A stretch of 64,000 nucleotides of DNA. Origin: Octopus vulgaris (taxonomy: Eukaryota). The position numbers and the translations under genes were made by a program. A model generated the notes under the pieces. It was not told where the DNA came from. It did not search any database and saw only the letters and a list, made by a program, of their open reading frames with translations. The stretch's first letter is position 1. Each line of letters starts with the position of its first letter. This document shows positions 50,701-58,495 of this stretch, in pieces. The stretch is taken from NCBI GenBank assembly GCA_951406725.2, contig OX597815.1, positions 175,522,001 through 175,586,000 of the forward strand. The letters run 5' to 3'.

Positions 50701-53700
50701 AAATAACAAGGCACCAAAGTTTGATCGCTCCGAGTATATCAAAACAGTTGATGAGAGTGAGTGAAGTTGAGAATCATTTATTGCTTTTGTCGGGGAGGAG
50801 AATCATCGGTTTCAAGTGTTGGCATAAGCTTAGTGAGAGGGGATAAGTCGATTAGATCAACTGGTACTATTTCGAAGGTGGCGAGCTGGCAGAAACGTTG
50901 GCAGTTGACTTTACCTTTCATCCTTGGTTGATAAATTAAGTACCAGTGATGCACTGGGGTCGATGTAATCGACTTAATCTGTTTGTCTGTACTTGTTTGT
51001 CCCCTCTATGTTTAGCCCCTTGTGGGTAGTAAAGAAATAGGTACTATTTCATTGACCCTTGAAAGGATGAAACTTTGGTGGAATTTGAACTCAGAACAGG
51101 AAGGCAGACGTAATGCTGTTAATCATTTTATCCAGTTTATATACTTTTTATCCAATTTCTCACTATCTCCTTTTTCTTAATACACATAATTAAGCAATGA
51201 CAATAAGCAGAACTGAAGGATGAACGACGTCCATCTTGGTTCATTGTTCGGATTATTCCCGTCGCTTAAATGCCATCTTACTTCAAATCCCAAATTTTCT
51301 ACCACCATTATACTCACTGCCTTTTACTAGTCTCTTACTTACGGTGATATTGTTAGCGTGTACATCACTTGAAGATCTCGAGTACTTTACCGATTTGCTG
51401 CATCAGTTTCCATTGGTCCACTTTCTTAAAGTCACATATCACTCCCAAATTCCCCAACCATACCTTACTAACTCTGCTACTCGATCTGCAATTTTTCTTT
51501 CTTCATCTGTGATGGTTTTGTCCATTATCCTTCATACCTCAGGCAGATTGATTTGTAACTTTTCTGCAATTTGAGGAGCTCTAATGGTCTCGGCCCTTCA
51601 TTATTAACAATGGGACATTATTCTGCATTGTTTTCTTAAACTCTTTTCGGAATTTCTTTTCTTGTTGTAAATCTCTTAATGGATTTCTCTCTTGTCATTC
51701 TGCATAATTGTTGTTCTGTTGTTTGAAATATTCCTCGTTGTTACCATTCTTGGTACATCCTCTTTCTCTCTCCCCTTTTGGGTCTTCCATATTCACCTGT
51801 GCACTGACTTCTATAACAATGCTCCATAACAATTGCATTTATTTCTTTGTTCCACATTTTCCTTGATTCTTTATCCTTCTGGGCCCTTCCAGCTGCTCAA
51901 TGAGAAATCTGCACGGCACCTCCACCACTGATTCAAGTCCCATTGAACATCTTATGCAGCAGCAGCTTTTGTTTTGAAAAAGGTTCTTGTTTCTGTTGTC
52001 TTATTTAGACGGAATTTGTCAACTAGATCGAAAATAGGTTTTGTCATTGGTTTAGAGGAACATACACAGCCATAGAAAAGTAGGCCTTTGCAGTTGTTGC
52101 CTATGATTGGTTTACCCTTACTGTCAATAACAGAGCTTCTTGTTCTTAATTCGAAAAGTATCCGGCAACATCGGTAACTGTGTTCTTTATTGTGCCCTGC
52201 CATTCAATACCTCTTTTTTCCTACTGTTTTCTCTTCAAGGGGTCGATAGCCATTGGCTGTTAGATATATGAGGCTGGGCTGAAAAGTTCATTTGCTGACC
52301 ACGATGCAATGGTCGAACTTGATCAAATGTGTTTTATTTTTCAACACAGTCTCCTTAACTGATCATACACTTCTCTCATCAGTGTCGCAGTGCTTGGATT
52401 CCATCATATAGAAGCTCTCATCCTGACCCTCAAAAAATGTCCTCAACAGCAGATATGACCTCATCGTCGGTTTGATACAGCTTTCCAGCCAAGTGTTTTT
52501 TTCCTATTGGGGAACAGAAAATAGTCAGATGGTGCCAAATAAGGGCAATATTGGAAGGTGATCAACCAGTTCCAAACCCCAGTCATGCACAGCAGCCTTT
52601 GCAACCTCAGGCTTGTGTGTAGGAGCATTGTCGTCTAGGTCATGGGGAAGCAGGACCCCCCTTCGTCCAGTTTTCCAGGCTGTTTTGGCTTGATTGCCTT
52701 TCACAGCTGCCTCAGCAAGTTGGCATAGTATTTGCCATTGATATTATGGCCTTTTTGAAGGTAGTCAATGAACACAATGCCCTTTGCATCCCAGAAGACG
52801 GAGGTCATCACCTTCTCTGTTGATCACACCACCTTGGCTTTCTTTGGTGGGGGAGAAAACGGGTGTTTCCACTGCATGAACTGCTGTTTGGTCTCTGGCT
52901 CAAAGTGGTGAACCCAACATTGATCTTGGGTGAGGGAACATTCAAGAAAACTGGCTGGAGTCGCTTCAAAAAGTGCCAAGTTTGCCTGCGACATGACCAT
53001 CCTGGTGTGCTTTTGATCAGGCGTCAGAAATCGTGGCACCCACCGAGCGGAAACCTTCGACATGCCAGAATGTCATTATGCAGAATGTCCTCAACCCATT
53101 TACGGGAGATGCCTACAGCATTAGCTATCTGATTAACATTTAAATGTCTGTCATCCATCATCATATGGTGAACATGGTTGATGTTTTCTTGGGTGGTGAC
53201 TTTGGCAGGACTTCCGGACCTTGGGTCACCTTCAAGACTCTCCCTACCCCTCATGAATACAGCTGCCTACATTTGGAGCATTATCTCCTAATGTAGAAAC
53301 CATGTCAGCATGAATGTCCTTGGTGGGGCTAACCTTTTTTTCCGCAAATATTTGATAACACCACGGTGCCAAATTTTATCCATTTTCATGAAATGTCTCT
53401 AGTACCACTTTTCCAAGTCCTCAATTCTGTATCCAATGTGGGTTTATCTGGAAAGAAAAAATGTAACTAGCATCAGTAAATGGTGAATTTAATGCATGCC
53501 AAATTTAATTACTGTATGATAAATCCTTCTTAGTCAGCCTGTGAACTTTTCAGCCCACCCTCGTATGAGGCAGCAGGATGTGTTTTTATAAACAGATTTG
53601 TTACATCCACTAATAGAGTTAAATTTGTCACATGGCATATGTAGTACCACAAATTAGTATATTATTATCGTTTCCCAGGCACCTTCTTATTATATGAATA

Positions 53701-54890
53701 ATTTTAGTTAGTCTTCAGTTCCCACAGCCCACATTCAGGTTATCTATTTCTAAACCTTTATATTTGGATAATTTCTCTATTTCTTTTAGAGACATAAATC
53801 ATTTGTTGGACACCGTACTTCAATTGGCAGGTACTTTTTATTCTGGTGGTCTTTAGTCATAGTATCCGGTATTTAGCTTTTATCTCCTTGTCTATGTAGG
53901 TTGATATGTCTTAGAGTATGGCCACTTTGTCCTTCTTTGAGATTCTTTTGGCAAATTAATTGTTTTCTTTCTAGTTTCTAGAAATACACAATGTATACTA
54001 GTTTATCATATGATTTCGGAGTTTCTTATGCAAAAGTTTGATTCTGGGTCGCAATAAAATACTCTTCGGTTTCACTTTTGAGTTCTGCTCTTCTCAGCTA
54101 GTGTTGTACTTTTTCTGTATAAAAGAAAACACGACGCTCCGTTGATTACGGAGACATAGGTTCCAGTTGATCTGATCCATGGAGCAGCCATTGCCGTAAT
54201 AGTCTGCTCATGAAGTTAGCATGCAAGTGGCTGAGCCCTCCACAGACACTTACCCTTAACATAGTTCTCAGGGAGAATGAGACAAGCCTAGTCCTTGAAA
54301 ATACAGGTACAATTCATATTTGCCAGCTGAGAGAATTGGAGCAATGCAAATAAAGTGTCTTGTTCAAGGACTCGACTCACCACCTGAAAACGAACTCACA
54401 ACCTTGCAATCGTTAGCCGAATCCCCCAACAACTAAGCCACGTGTTTTCATAATTGTTTTCTGTATGTATTTGATGAGTGGATTGGATAGAGAGAGGCTG
54501 AAAGACACACAGACACACTCAGGCATAGAAACACTGATGAGTAAATCTTCTTACCTAAATATTTACAAGAAATTTGCTCTTTAAATGAATATACTTTGCT
54601 TGTTAGACAAAGGAGAAGATGCATCAGTTTTTGCACACAATCTAGGAGAGTGTATTACCATTGTATTAGTTTGGTAATTTGTGGCCCCTTTTGTTGTTTA
54701 GCTTTTTTACTTTTCAAAGTATTTGTTTTACTTTTTACTTTCAGAATTACCTTTGGAAAGCATTATTTTGAGAATCAATGCCACTGATAAAGACCGAAAC
54801 CATCAAATAGAGTACAGCCTCAACAGAAACTCTTTGGTGGCCCAAGACGCCCAAGGGCACAGATTATCTACCTTTCCTAATGATTACAGG
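3444..54890 (+). CDS. Multi-exon cadherin (CDH23/Cad87A/Cad88C-like), internal portion: 15 exons, 2067 nt, 689 aa, no start or stop identified in window
   Basis: Exons joined by hand at AG/GT sites keep one open frame with matching phases. Cadherin motifs recur: LDYE/IDRE, AxDxD, DxNDNxPxF, PEN/TEN. The DEQDMQPVF...PY segment and the following TEL...DDNDFPPVF repeat resemble EC2-EC4 of CDH23-type proteins (from memory, not from a search). Confidence 0.92.
3783..4856 (+). mobile_element. 5'-truncated CR1/L2-like LINE with uninterrupted RT C-terminal ORF and (TAT)n tail
   Basis: ORF 3768-4775 with [22 protein letters not shown] and RPHLEFAS motifs; short 3' UTR then attattatt tail. Confidence 0.92.
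5745..6150 (-). mobile_element. tRNA-derived SINE, family B (CORE-like), diverged copy
   Basis: Reverse-complement similarity to the 19295-19690 copy. Confidence 0.75.
6198..6745 (-). mobile_element. RTE LINE 3' end with (GAT)n tail and internal tandem units
   Basis: catcatcat...tttccatgctggcatgggttgg...ctggatgcccttcctaa shared with the 3' end of the RTE at 7701-10186. Confidence 0.8.
6867..6992 (+). CDS. Cadherin exon 2 ([27 protein letters not shown]...ENTKQ), phase 0/0
   Basis: gtacag acceptor, gtaagt donor, 126 nt, DGGxP and DxQD-P-F motifs. Confidence 0.93.
7701..10186 (-). mobile_element. Degenerate RTE-clade LINE (RT region plus 3' UTR)
   Basis: Frameshifted ORFs with [32 protein letters not shown], a CxxC-containing insert ([15 protein letters not shown]), FCYLG and AMLHGSET; (GAT)n tail at 7701. 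Confidence 0.92.
10712..10857. mobile_element. Degenerate hAT-type MITE
   Basis: Left end ...gggtcccaacctgggg and right end gggtttggaaccactg resemble CAGTGGTTCCCAAC-type TIRs. Confidence 0.45.
11040..11256 (+). mobile_element. tRNA-derived SINE, family A (central domain gcctttcatcctttcggggtcgataaattaagtacc, MetaSINE-like)
   Basis: A-box-like gagctggcagaa and B-box gagttcaaattcc; many near-identical copies in window. Confidence 0.88.
11818..11896 (+). CDS. Cadherin exon 3 ([26 protein letters not shown]), phase 0/1
   Basis: tgcag acceptor, gtaagt donor, AxDxD motif. Confidence 0.9.
12690..13140 (-). mobile_element. 3' fragment of the same CR1/L2-like LINE as 3783-4856
   Basis: ORF 12828-13121 nearly matches the C-terminus of the 3768-4775 ORF ([24 protein letters not shown]). 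Confidence 0.9.
13448..13575 (+). CDS. Cadherin exon 4 (GSDVHFRVG...[16 protein letters not shown]), phase 1/0
   Basis: Polypyrimidine plus ccccag acceptor, gtaagt donor, IDRE motif, phase matches exon 3. Confidence 0.92.
15416..15613 (+). CDS. Cadherin exon 5 (VTELANG...[10 protein letters not shown]...PEN...FDKDS), phase 0/0
   Basis: ccacag acceptor, gtcagt donor, 198 nt. Confidence 0.92.
15620..15835. repeat. Compound trinucleotide microsatellite (CCT/CAT/ACC/ACT) just after the exon 5 donor
   Basis: Runs of cct, cat, acc and act. Confidence 0.9.
16713..16877 (+). CDS. Cadherin exon 6 ([10 protein letters not shown]...[15 protein letters not shown]), phase 0/0
   Basis: ttttcag acceptor, gtaagc donor, 165 nt, LDYD motif. 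Confidence 0.9.
17600..17970 (-). mobile_element. Two tandem family A SINE copies (about 17600-17735 and 17755-17970)
   Basis: Reverse complement of the family A consensus (ggcggaatttgaa...ctgccagct). Confidence 0.8.
18008..18172 (+). CDS. Cadherin exon 7 (ITAQQ...[11 protein letters not shown]...[14 protein letters not shown]), phase 0/0
   Basis: tttcag acceptor, gtaagt donor, canonical DxNDNxPxF. Confidence 0.94.
18543..18580. repeat. (CA)n microsatellite
   Basis: Direct reading. Confidence 0.95.
18955..19022 (+). CDS. Cadherin exon 8 ([22 protein letters not shown]), phase 0/2
   Basis: ttatag acceptor, gtaagt donor, ATDxDxGxN motif. Confidence 0.92.
19295..19690 (+). mobile_element. tRNA-derived SINE, family B (CORE-like, internal TA/TG tract)
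   Basis: ctgtgtggtaagtagcttgc...gggttcagtccc...cttgggcaagtgtctt; matches copies at 46425 and 47515. Confidence 0.88.
21053..21181 (-). ncRNA. Hammerhead-like motif with long stem II insertion (Penelope-type element end)
   Basis: Minus strand: gaccct-CTGATGA-a-gcctagaggc...gcctcttggc-a-GAAA-cggcca-TA-agg. Stem II arms pair 9 of 10; stem III is a near-palindrome ACGGCC(G>A)T. Confidence 0.55.
21398..21880. repeat. Long inverted repeat: 211-bp arms (21398-21608 and 21670-21880), 61-bp spacer
   Basis: Arms are reverse complements with about 10 mismatches by hand count. Confidence 0.95.
21885..22311 (+). mobile_element. RTE LINE internal fragment
   Basis: [18 protein letters not shown]...[15 protein letters not shown]...IVNQVIHEG; same family as 7701-10186. 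Confidence 0.85.
25746..25763 (-). promoter_or_regulatory. Primer binding site TGGTGACGAGGATGAGAT, complementary to tRNA-Ser(GCT) 3' end
   Basis: Matches TGGCGACGAGGATGGGAT with two substitutions; lies between the LTR and gag. Confidence 0.75.
25773..26021 (-). mobile_element. 5' LTR of the Gypsy element (249 bp)
   Basis: TGTTAT...ATAACA termini, ATTAAA near its 3' end on the minus strand, PBS 9 nt downstream. Confidence 0.75.
26244..26484 (+). CDS. Cadherin exon 9 ([20 protein letters not shown]...DVNDNGPVF...PPITIS), phase 2/0
   Basis: tttttag acceptor, gtaagt donor, LDYE and DVNDN motifs. Confidence 0.94.
27297..27776 (+). mobile_element. Tc1/mariner-type deletion derivative
   Basis: TIRs caaggtgttccagaaataa / ttaattctggaaaaccctg after TA; residual transposase C-terminus [26 protein letters not shown]. 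Confidence 0.65.
28395..28750 (+). mobile_element. RTE LINE 3' end with tandem units and (GAT)n tail
   Basis: Three gtgctggtggcaYgtaaaaagcacc units, then ggttggcgttaggaagggcatccagc...gatgatg. Confidence 0.85.
29287..29375. repeat. (CA)n-rich microsatellite
   Basis: Direct reading. Confidence 0.9.
29597..30727 (-). mobile_element. 5'-truncated RTE LINE (ORF C-terminus plus 3' UTR)
   Basis: ORF 30418-30726 [20 protein letters not shown]...[14 protein letters not shown]; (GAT)n tail at 29597. Confidence 0.9.
30789..30937 (+). CDS. Cadherin exon 10 ([18 protein letters not shown]...[20 protein letters not shown]...), phase 0/2
   Basis: ttttcag acceptor, gtaagt donor, ATDxD and FxIDxxTG motifs. 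Confidence 0.93.
30970..31762. repeat. Minisatellite, 22-bp unit cacactcRctcacaatgRcMtc with 18-bp variants, more than 30 copies
   Basis: Direct reading; starts about 30 nt after the exon 10 donor. Confidence 0.97.
31827..31970 (+). mobile_element. Family A SINE, partial
   Basis: ggcgagctggcagaatcgttagc...gagttcaaactc. Confidence 0.75.
32816..33107. mobile_element. hAT-type MITE
   Basis: Imperfect TIRs caggggtactcaacc / cagttgagaatcgct. Confidence 0.55.
33195..33660 (-). mobile_element. Two tandem family A SINE copies separated by an (AAT/AAC)n tract
   Basis: Reverse-complement family A motifs occur twice. Confidence 0.8.
33700..34130 (+). mobile_element. R4/Dong-like (RLE-type) LINE RT fragment
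   Basis: Translates to [15 protein letters not shown]...[10 protein letters not shown]...[21 protein letters not shown] with stops and frameshifts. Confidence 0.75.
34354..34432 (+). CDS. Cadherin exon 11 ([26 protein letters not shown]), phase 2/0
   Basis: gatag acceptor, gtaagt donor, LTVxAxDxG motif. Confidence 0.9.
34560..35725. mobile_element. Penelope-like element fragment with internal inversion (minus-strand 3' part about 34560-35260; plus-strand RT C-terminus about 35265-35725)
   Basis: [12 protein letters not shown]...LPFLDI...[14 protein letters not shown]...[14 protein letters not shown] is a PLE RT thumb signature; the minus part has CGDGRCGIC; 39-bp inverted duplication 35174-35212 / 35687-35725. 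Confidence 0.85.
34662..34746 (-). ncRNA. Minimal hammerhead motif at the Penelope 3' end, core variant CCGAAGA (probably inactive)
   Basis: Minus strand: ctcc-CCGAAGA-gaagattacattg...caatgttgtcttc-GAAA-catgt-GTC-ggaag. Confidence 0.65.
35726..36350 (-). mobile_element. CR1/L2-group LINE fragments (same family as 58925-60450)
   Basis: [10 protein letters not shown]...[11 protein letters not shown]...[22 protein letters not shown]. Confidence 0.85.
36566..36601 (+). ncRNA. Minimal hammerhead-like motif with variant core CTGTTGA
   Basis: cttt-CTGTTGA-a-gagc-atag-gctc-GAAA-cat-TA-aag: stem II is perfect, stem I short, A6 position is T. Confidence 0.4.
36781..36853 (+). CDS. Cadherin exon 12 ([24 protein letters not shown]), phase 0/1
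   Basis: ctaag acceptor (AAG type), gtaagt donor, DxNNNxPxF. Confidence 0.88.
37540..37760 (+). mobile_element. Family A SINE, full length
   Basis: ggcggcaagttggcagaaacg...gagttcaaattcc...gccccttgtgggtaataaagaaat. Confidence 0.9.
38580..38622 (-). ncRNA. Minimal hammerhead ribozyme motif, left arm
   Basis: Minus strand: gacac-CTGATGA-a-ggctg-gagggtatat-cagcc-GAAA-cgtgtt (3-nt deletion relative to the right arm). Confidence 0.7.
38712..38780 (-). promoter_or_regulatory. tRNA-derived head with Pol III A box (TGGCTTAGTGG, 38763-38773) and B box (AGTTCGATTCC, 38719-38729)
   Basis: Minus strand reads gggcatatggcttagtggttaagagcgtgggctactaatcccaaaattccaagttcgattcc, with tRNA-like A-B spacing. Confidence 0.75.
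38911..38956 (+). ncRNA. Minimal hammerhead ribozyme motif, right arm
   Basis: gacac-CTGATGA-a-ggctg-gagggtagat-cagcc-GAAA-tg-TT-gtgtt: stem I gacac/gtgtt; stem III AACGTT carries a C>T change. Confidence 0.72.
39405..39636 (-). mobile_element. Family A SINE, full length, little diverged
   Basis: Reverse complement of the 37540 and 58101 copies. Confidence 0.9.
40707..41065 (-). mobile_element. RTE LINE 3' end
   Basis: catcatcat tail and three ggtgctttttacgtgcca units. Confidence 0.85.
41990..42810 (+). mobile_element. R4/Dong-like LINE C-terminal fragment (zinc knuckle and restriction-like endonuclease)
   Basis: [37 protein letters not shown]...[10 protein letters not shown] (PD..D motif), [15 protein letters not shown]. 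Confidence 0.82.
43028..43228 (+). mobile_element. Family A SINE, diverged
   Basis: gagttcaaattcc...ggggtcaataaattaagtaccag...gtagaaaagattatt. Confidence 0.75.
44752..44915. mobile_element. Short mariner-derived relic (one TIR)
   Basis: tacgaggatcggctggaaagttcataggctgacc resembles the TIR of the 52267-53565 element. Confidence 0.6.
46057..46355 (+). mobile_element. tRNA-derived SINE, family C
   Basis: A box tggcttagtgg, B box gagttcaattcc, gtgtccttgagcaagacactt domain; opposite-strand relative at about 54140-54445. Confidence 0.75.
46424..46834 (-). mobile_element. Family B SINE flanked by a 54-bp direct repeat
   Basis: Reverse complement of the 19295 copy; flanks 46370-46423 and 46835-46888 differ at 2 positions. 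Confidence 0.9.
47106..47284 (+). CDS. Cadherin exon 13 ([24 protein letters not shown]...[12 protein letters not shown]), phase 1/0
   Basis: ttccag acceptor, gtatga donor, AxDxDxGxN and LDFD motifs. Confidence 0.94.
47512..47890 (-). mobile_element. Family B SINE
   Basis: Highly similar to 46424-46834. Confidence 0.88.
48969..49198. mobile_element. piggyBac-type MITE
   Basis: TTAA-cccttttgttacc ... gataacgaaaggt-TTAA. Confidence 0.7.
50630..50756 (+). CDS. Cadherin exon 14 ([31 protein letters not shown]...VDE), phase 0/1
   Basis: cttcag acceptor, gtgagt donor, AxDxGxPxL motif. Confidence 0.93.
50800..51130. mobile_element. Family A SINE (+, about 50877-51040) nested inside a minus-strand family A copy
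   Basis: ggtactatttc occurs on both sides of the inner copy; the outer copy resumes with attgaccc...ggaatttgaactc. Confidence 0.7.
51140..54120 (-). mobile_element. Decayed R4/Dong-like LINE pieces flanking the mariner
   Basis: Minus-strand [13 protein letters not shown]-like and RLE-region remnants at 53570-54120; degenerate ORF-like purine-rich sequence at 51140-52260. Confidence 0.55.
52267..53565 (-). mobile_element. Full-length decayed mariner transposon (about 1.3 kb)
   Basis: TIRs TA-tgaggctgggctgaaaagttca / tgaacttttcagcccaccctcg-TA; transposase remnants [41 protein letters not shown]. Confidence 0.92.
54140..54445 (-). mobile_element. Family C SINE, diverged
   Basis: aaagtgtcttgttcaagga...aactaagccacgtg is the reverse complement of the 46057 head. 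Confidence 0.65.
54745..54890 (+). CDS. Cadherin exon 15 ([26 protein letters not shown]...FPNDYR), phase 1/0
   Basis: tttcag acceptor, gtaaga donor, ATDKD motif, phase matches exon 14. Confidence 0.92.
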
Positions 54891-54976
54891 GTAAGATGAT
54901 AATATTCTATAAAACTACGCAAGCGTATCTAAAAGTAAAAATTATATGTGATGGATTCTCTATATAATATTTATAC

Positions 54977-55365
54977 TCGCCTGGCCCCCGTGCCGGTGAC
55001 ACGTAAAAGCACCATCCGTTTCGTGGCCGTTTGCCAGCTCTGTCTGGCCCCCGTGTTGGTGGCACGTAAAAGCACCATCTGTTCGTGTCCGTGGCCAGCC
55101 TCGCCTGGCCCCGTGCCAGTGACACGTAAAAGCACCATCCGTTCGTGGCCGTTTGCCAGCCCTGTCTGGCACCTGTGCGGGTGGCACGTAAAAGGCACCC
55201 ACTACACTCACGTAGTGGTTGGCGTTAGGAAGGGCATCCAGCCGTAGAAACACTGCCAGATCTGACTAGGCCTGATGAAGCCTTCCAGCTTCACAGACCC
55301 CAGTTGAACCGTCCAACCCATGCTAGCATGGAGAACGGACGCTAAATGATGATGATGATGATGTT
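54977..55365 (+). mobile_element. RTE-type 3' end with four roughly 60-bp tandem units and (GAT)n tail
   Basis: gtgccRgtgRcacgtaaaagcacc units; ggttggcgttaggaagggcatccagc; gatgatgat. Confidence 0.85.
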
Positions 55366-56445
55366 GATGATCACATTGTTTAAACAATGAAATAATGCAA
55401 TTCCTAAGACTAACATAGAACCAATGCTATTTTCACTCAGCTAGAATCAAGAGTAAAATATTTATTTGAATTACACGCTACTTGACAACACAGATACACG
55501 TATGCAACAATTATGGGAATATATGGGAACGTTAACCAGAAATTAAGAAATGTGTAAGAATGGTCTAAGGAGTAGATTGGATAATGGAGCACATACAAGC
55601 AGACTCCTCCATAGAAACATTCATCAGTGAATCCGTAGTATTTTGGATTTCAAGAATACAAATTTGTTAAGAAGAAACAATTCTAATAGTGCACAGGAAA
55701 TTCATTTAGAAAATTACTTAGACATGTTTTAATGAGTATTGAAATCCTATTGGGAACTGAGAAATATTTCTTTTTATGACAACATATAAAAGAAACAAAA
55801 TGTTGATATTTTTCTTTTTTGCCTACATACTGACATACCTACATACATACATACAAATATATGCATGCACACACATACACCACACACATACACACACACA
55901 CTCACGATTTTGTGTGGTTATTTTAATGGAAGTTTTAATGATAATAACAAAACAGTCGTTGTTAGGTGGACTCAATACTAGAAGTCATGTTTTGACTGGA
56001 GCTTCAAGTTTTGGTTAACGGCTTTTTCAGTCACTGGTTGAATAAGCTAGTCAGAAGGACAGACCAACAGTCTTCTACTTTCATACAGGAGGAATTCCTG
56101 AAAGAGTGAATGGAAGTTGAAATTTCAAATCTTGAGATTATTTGCCTTCTCCGAGGATTGTAACATTAGCAGAAATTGCTGATATTACTCTCTACGTCTC
56201 TTGCCTAGTCATTAGTACACCTGGCCCATGTTTGAAAATGAGGAAAATTAAGGGTACAAAAAGACAATTAAGGGTAGAAAACTGTTCATATTAAGAAAAG
56301 TTGTCCTGGTTTGCACTTAAAAAGTTTTCTTTGCAAACATGGGGTTTGGGACTTGCTCTCACTGGACATCACCTTGGCCCCGACTGATTTCTAGTGTAGC
56401 ACTAAATCAATTAATGCCTTGTGAATGAATTTGACTGATAGAATC

Positions 56446-56448
<3 letters not shown>

Positions 56449-56484
<36 letters not shown>
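56449..56484. repeat. (TA)n microsatellite
   Basis: Direct reading. Confidence 0.95.
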
Positions 56485-56494
<10 letters not shown>

Positions 56495-56495
56495 A

Positions 56496-56704
56496 CAGGG
56501 TGTCCCAGAAGTTGCGCAACACCCTGGTTTTTTAAAAGAATACACCCTTATTGATTTCAAAAACACTTTATTGAAATTAATCGTAACAAATGCTCAAATT
56601 GAGCACCCTCTACAATAAAACATGCAGAAACAATATAATATAATAAATTACTTTAATAATTTTTAATGAAAACCAGAATGGTGCACGACTTCTGGGACAC
56701 ACTG
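56496..56704. mobile_element. Tc1/mariner-type MITE (about 209 bp) in TA-repeat context
   Basis: TIRs cagggtgtcccagaagt / acttctgggacacactg, extending inward to ctggtttt/aaaaccag. Confidence 0.8.
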
Positions 56705-56799
56705 TATATATGTATATATATATATGTATATGTATATTGGCAATTATGTGGATAAACAAATTAGATATAACAGTTTGGGTATGAAATACAAAATATGTG

Positions 56800-57860
56800 T
56801 ATATGTATACAGGCAAAACGAGAGAAAGCAAAAATGGAGACTTTCAGACATTGAATTTTTAAGTATAAATATAAAGATATTTATATAAACAGATCCAACT
56901 TACACAGAGTACAAATGACAATTAAAGGGGAGGAAGAAATTCCAACAGCTACTGCTGGGGGCTTGGAGATCCATTGTAATGTTGGTAGATGCAGTTCATC
57001 AAAATATACGGCAGTAATGGAAGCAATTGGATAAGTCATGGTAGAAAAGATCTTACATTTCAGATCTTAATGCAGAGAAGTTCGAAGATGGAAGTCTCTG
57101 TTAAGTTAAAACCTTTCTTGAGTGTGTAGGTTATAGTGGAGTGGTAATTAGATTTTTAGGGTGGATTGCTATGGAGAAGTGTTTTGGAGAAATTTTTATT
57201 GATTCTATTTGGGGTTATGCCTCCCCCATAGATGTATTTTACTGTCCCATTAATTTAGAATCAGCAAATGAAGTACTCCATCCATTGAGAGAGATAAATA
57301 TTTAATGTACATTGTTAAGGTTTTCTAATTGTTTTTTGAGATGGAGAGACGTGGTTGGGCAGATTTTTATAACACTGTGTGTCTCCAAGCAATCACAGAC
57401 TCTGGGCATGCGGTGTTTTCCATTTGAAAGACAGAATATTGGAACAAACTTGGTGGCTTCACTTTCATTGATGTGCCTGAAAGAGAACTGATGGTTTGCA
57501 TAAAGACTCTTAAAATCACCTTCGCATAAACCAATATGATGTTCTTATCAATTACGTTATCTTGGAGCGTTGCAGTGAGTGCTATCTCACAGACAACAGA
57601 GTTTATTATACAAACTTGGCCAAGTATCTCTACAATTACCAGTGGCAGTGGGGTCTTGGTGAGTGACAATGTTCTTCATATTGGGGAAACAGCTCTTTGT
57701 GATAATTTTATCGAATGCCTATTTACTGGGAAATATTTATCTCAAAGAGCCAGGAATTTCATACTTCCCATGGTCTATTTTTAGGTATATTTTTAGGCTT
57801 CATACCTTTAATTGAAGGGTTGTAATATATCTTAATGTGGAAACGGCTCTTAGGAAATAC
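56800..57860 (-). mobile_element. Highly decayed Penelope-like 3' region
   Basis: Remnants KYFP..., SCFPNMKNIV, NCR, CIINSVV resemble the PLE linker/GIY-YIG region; degenerate hammerhead-like end at 56941-57003. Confidence 0.5.
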
Positions 57861-58100
57861 TTGATTAGACATCTCCCTAATATAACAGTGCCCTAGCTAA
57901 CAAATCTGTCCCAGGACTTATTCTTGTTAACGCTGTTACTTATTACAGTGATATCTTTTGCTGAACTGTCAAATTACAAGGACATAAGCAAACCAGCATT
58001 TGTCAAATTGTGTAGAGAACAAACATAGTCATGGACGCATATACTTACTTATCTATCTGTCTACTGATCCAGCTGATCCATATATATATATATATATATA

Positions 58101-58330
58101 AGGCGAGCTTGCTGAATCGTTAGCACACTGGACGAAATGCTTAGCAGTATTTCGTCTGTTGTTACGGTCTGAGTTCAAATTCCGCCGAGGTCGACTTTGC
58201 CTTTCATCCTTTCGGGGTCGATAAATTAAGTACCAGTTACGCATTGGGGTCGATTTAATCGACTTAATCCTCTTGCTTGTCCTTGTTTGTCCCCTCTATG
58301 TTCAGCCCCTTGTGGGCAATAAAGAAATAA
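58101..58330 (+). mobile_element. Family A SINE inserted in a (TA)n tract
   Basis: Full family A sequence with tatata on both sides. Confidence 0.9.
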
Positions 58331-58495
58331 TATATATATATATATATATATAATTTCAGCAAAACAACTAAGATTCAAATGAATTCAAATGAATATGGTA
58401 CTTAACTTATATGCACCAGAATTCTTTATGGTATTAACCATAAAATTATGTGGGGTGATTATAACCAAGAAAAGAGCAACAAGAATGGATCGGTA

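Noticed and set aside
54977-55200. CRISPR-like repeat-spacer pattern
   Set aside because: Spacers are related to each other and the array is part of an RTE 3' UTR found many times in the window.
55265-55290. CTGATGA inside the RTE 3' end
   Set aside because: Other copies read ctggtgca at this position and no GAAA follows a stem.
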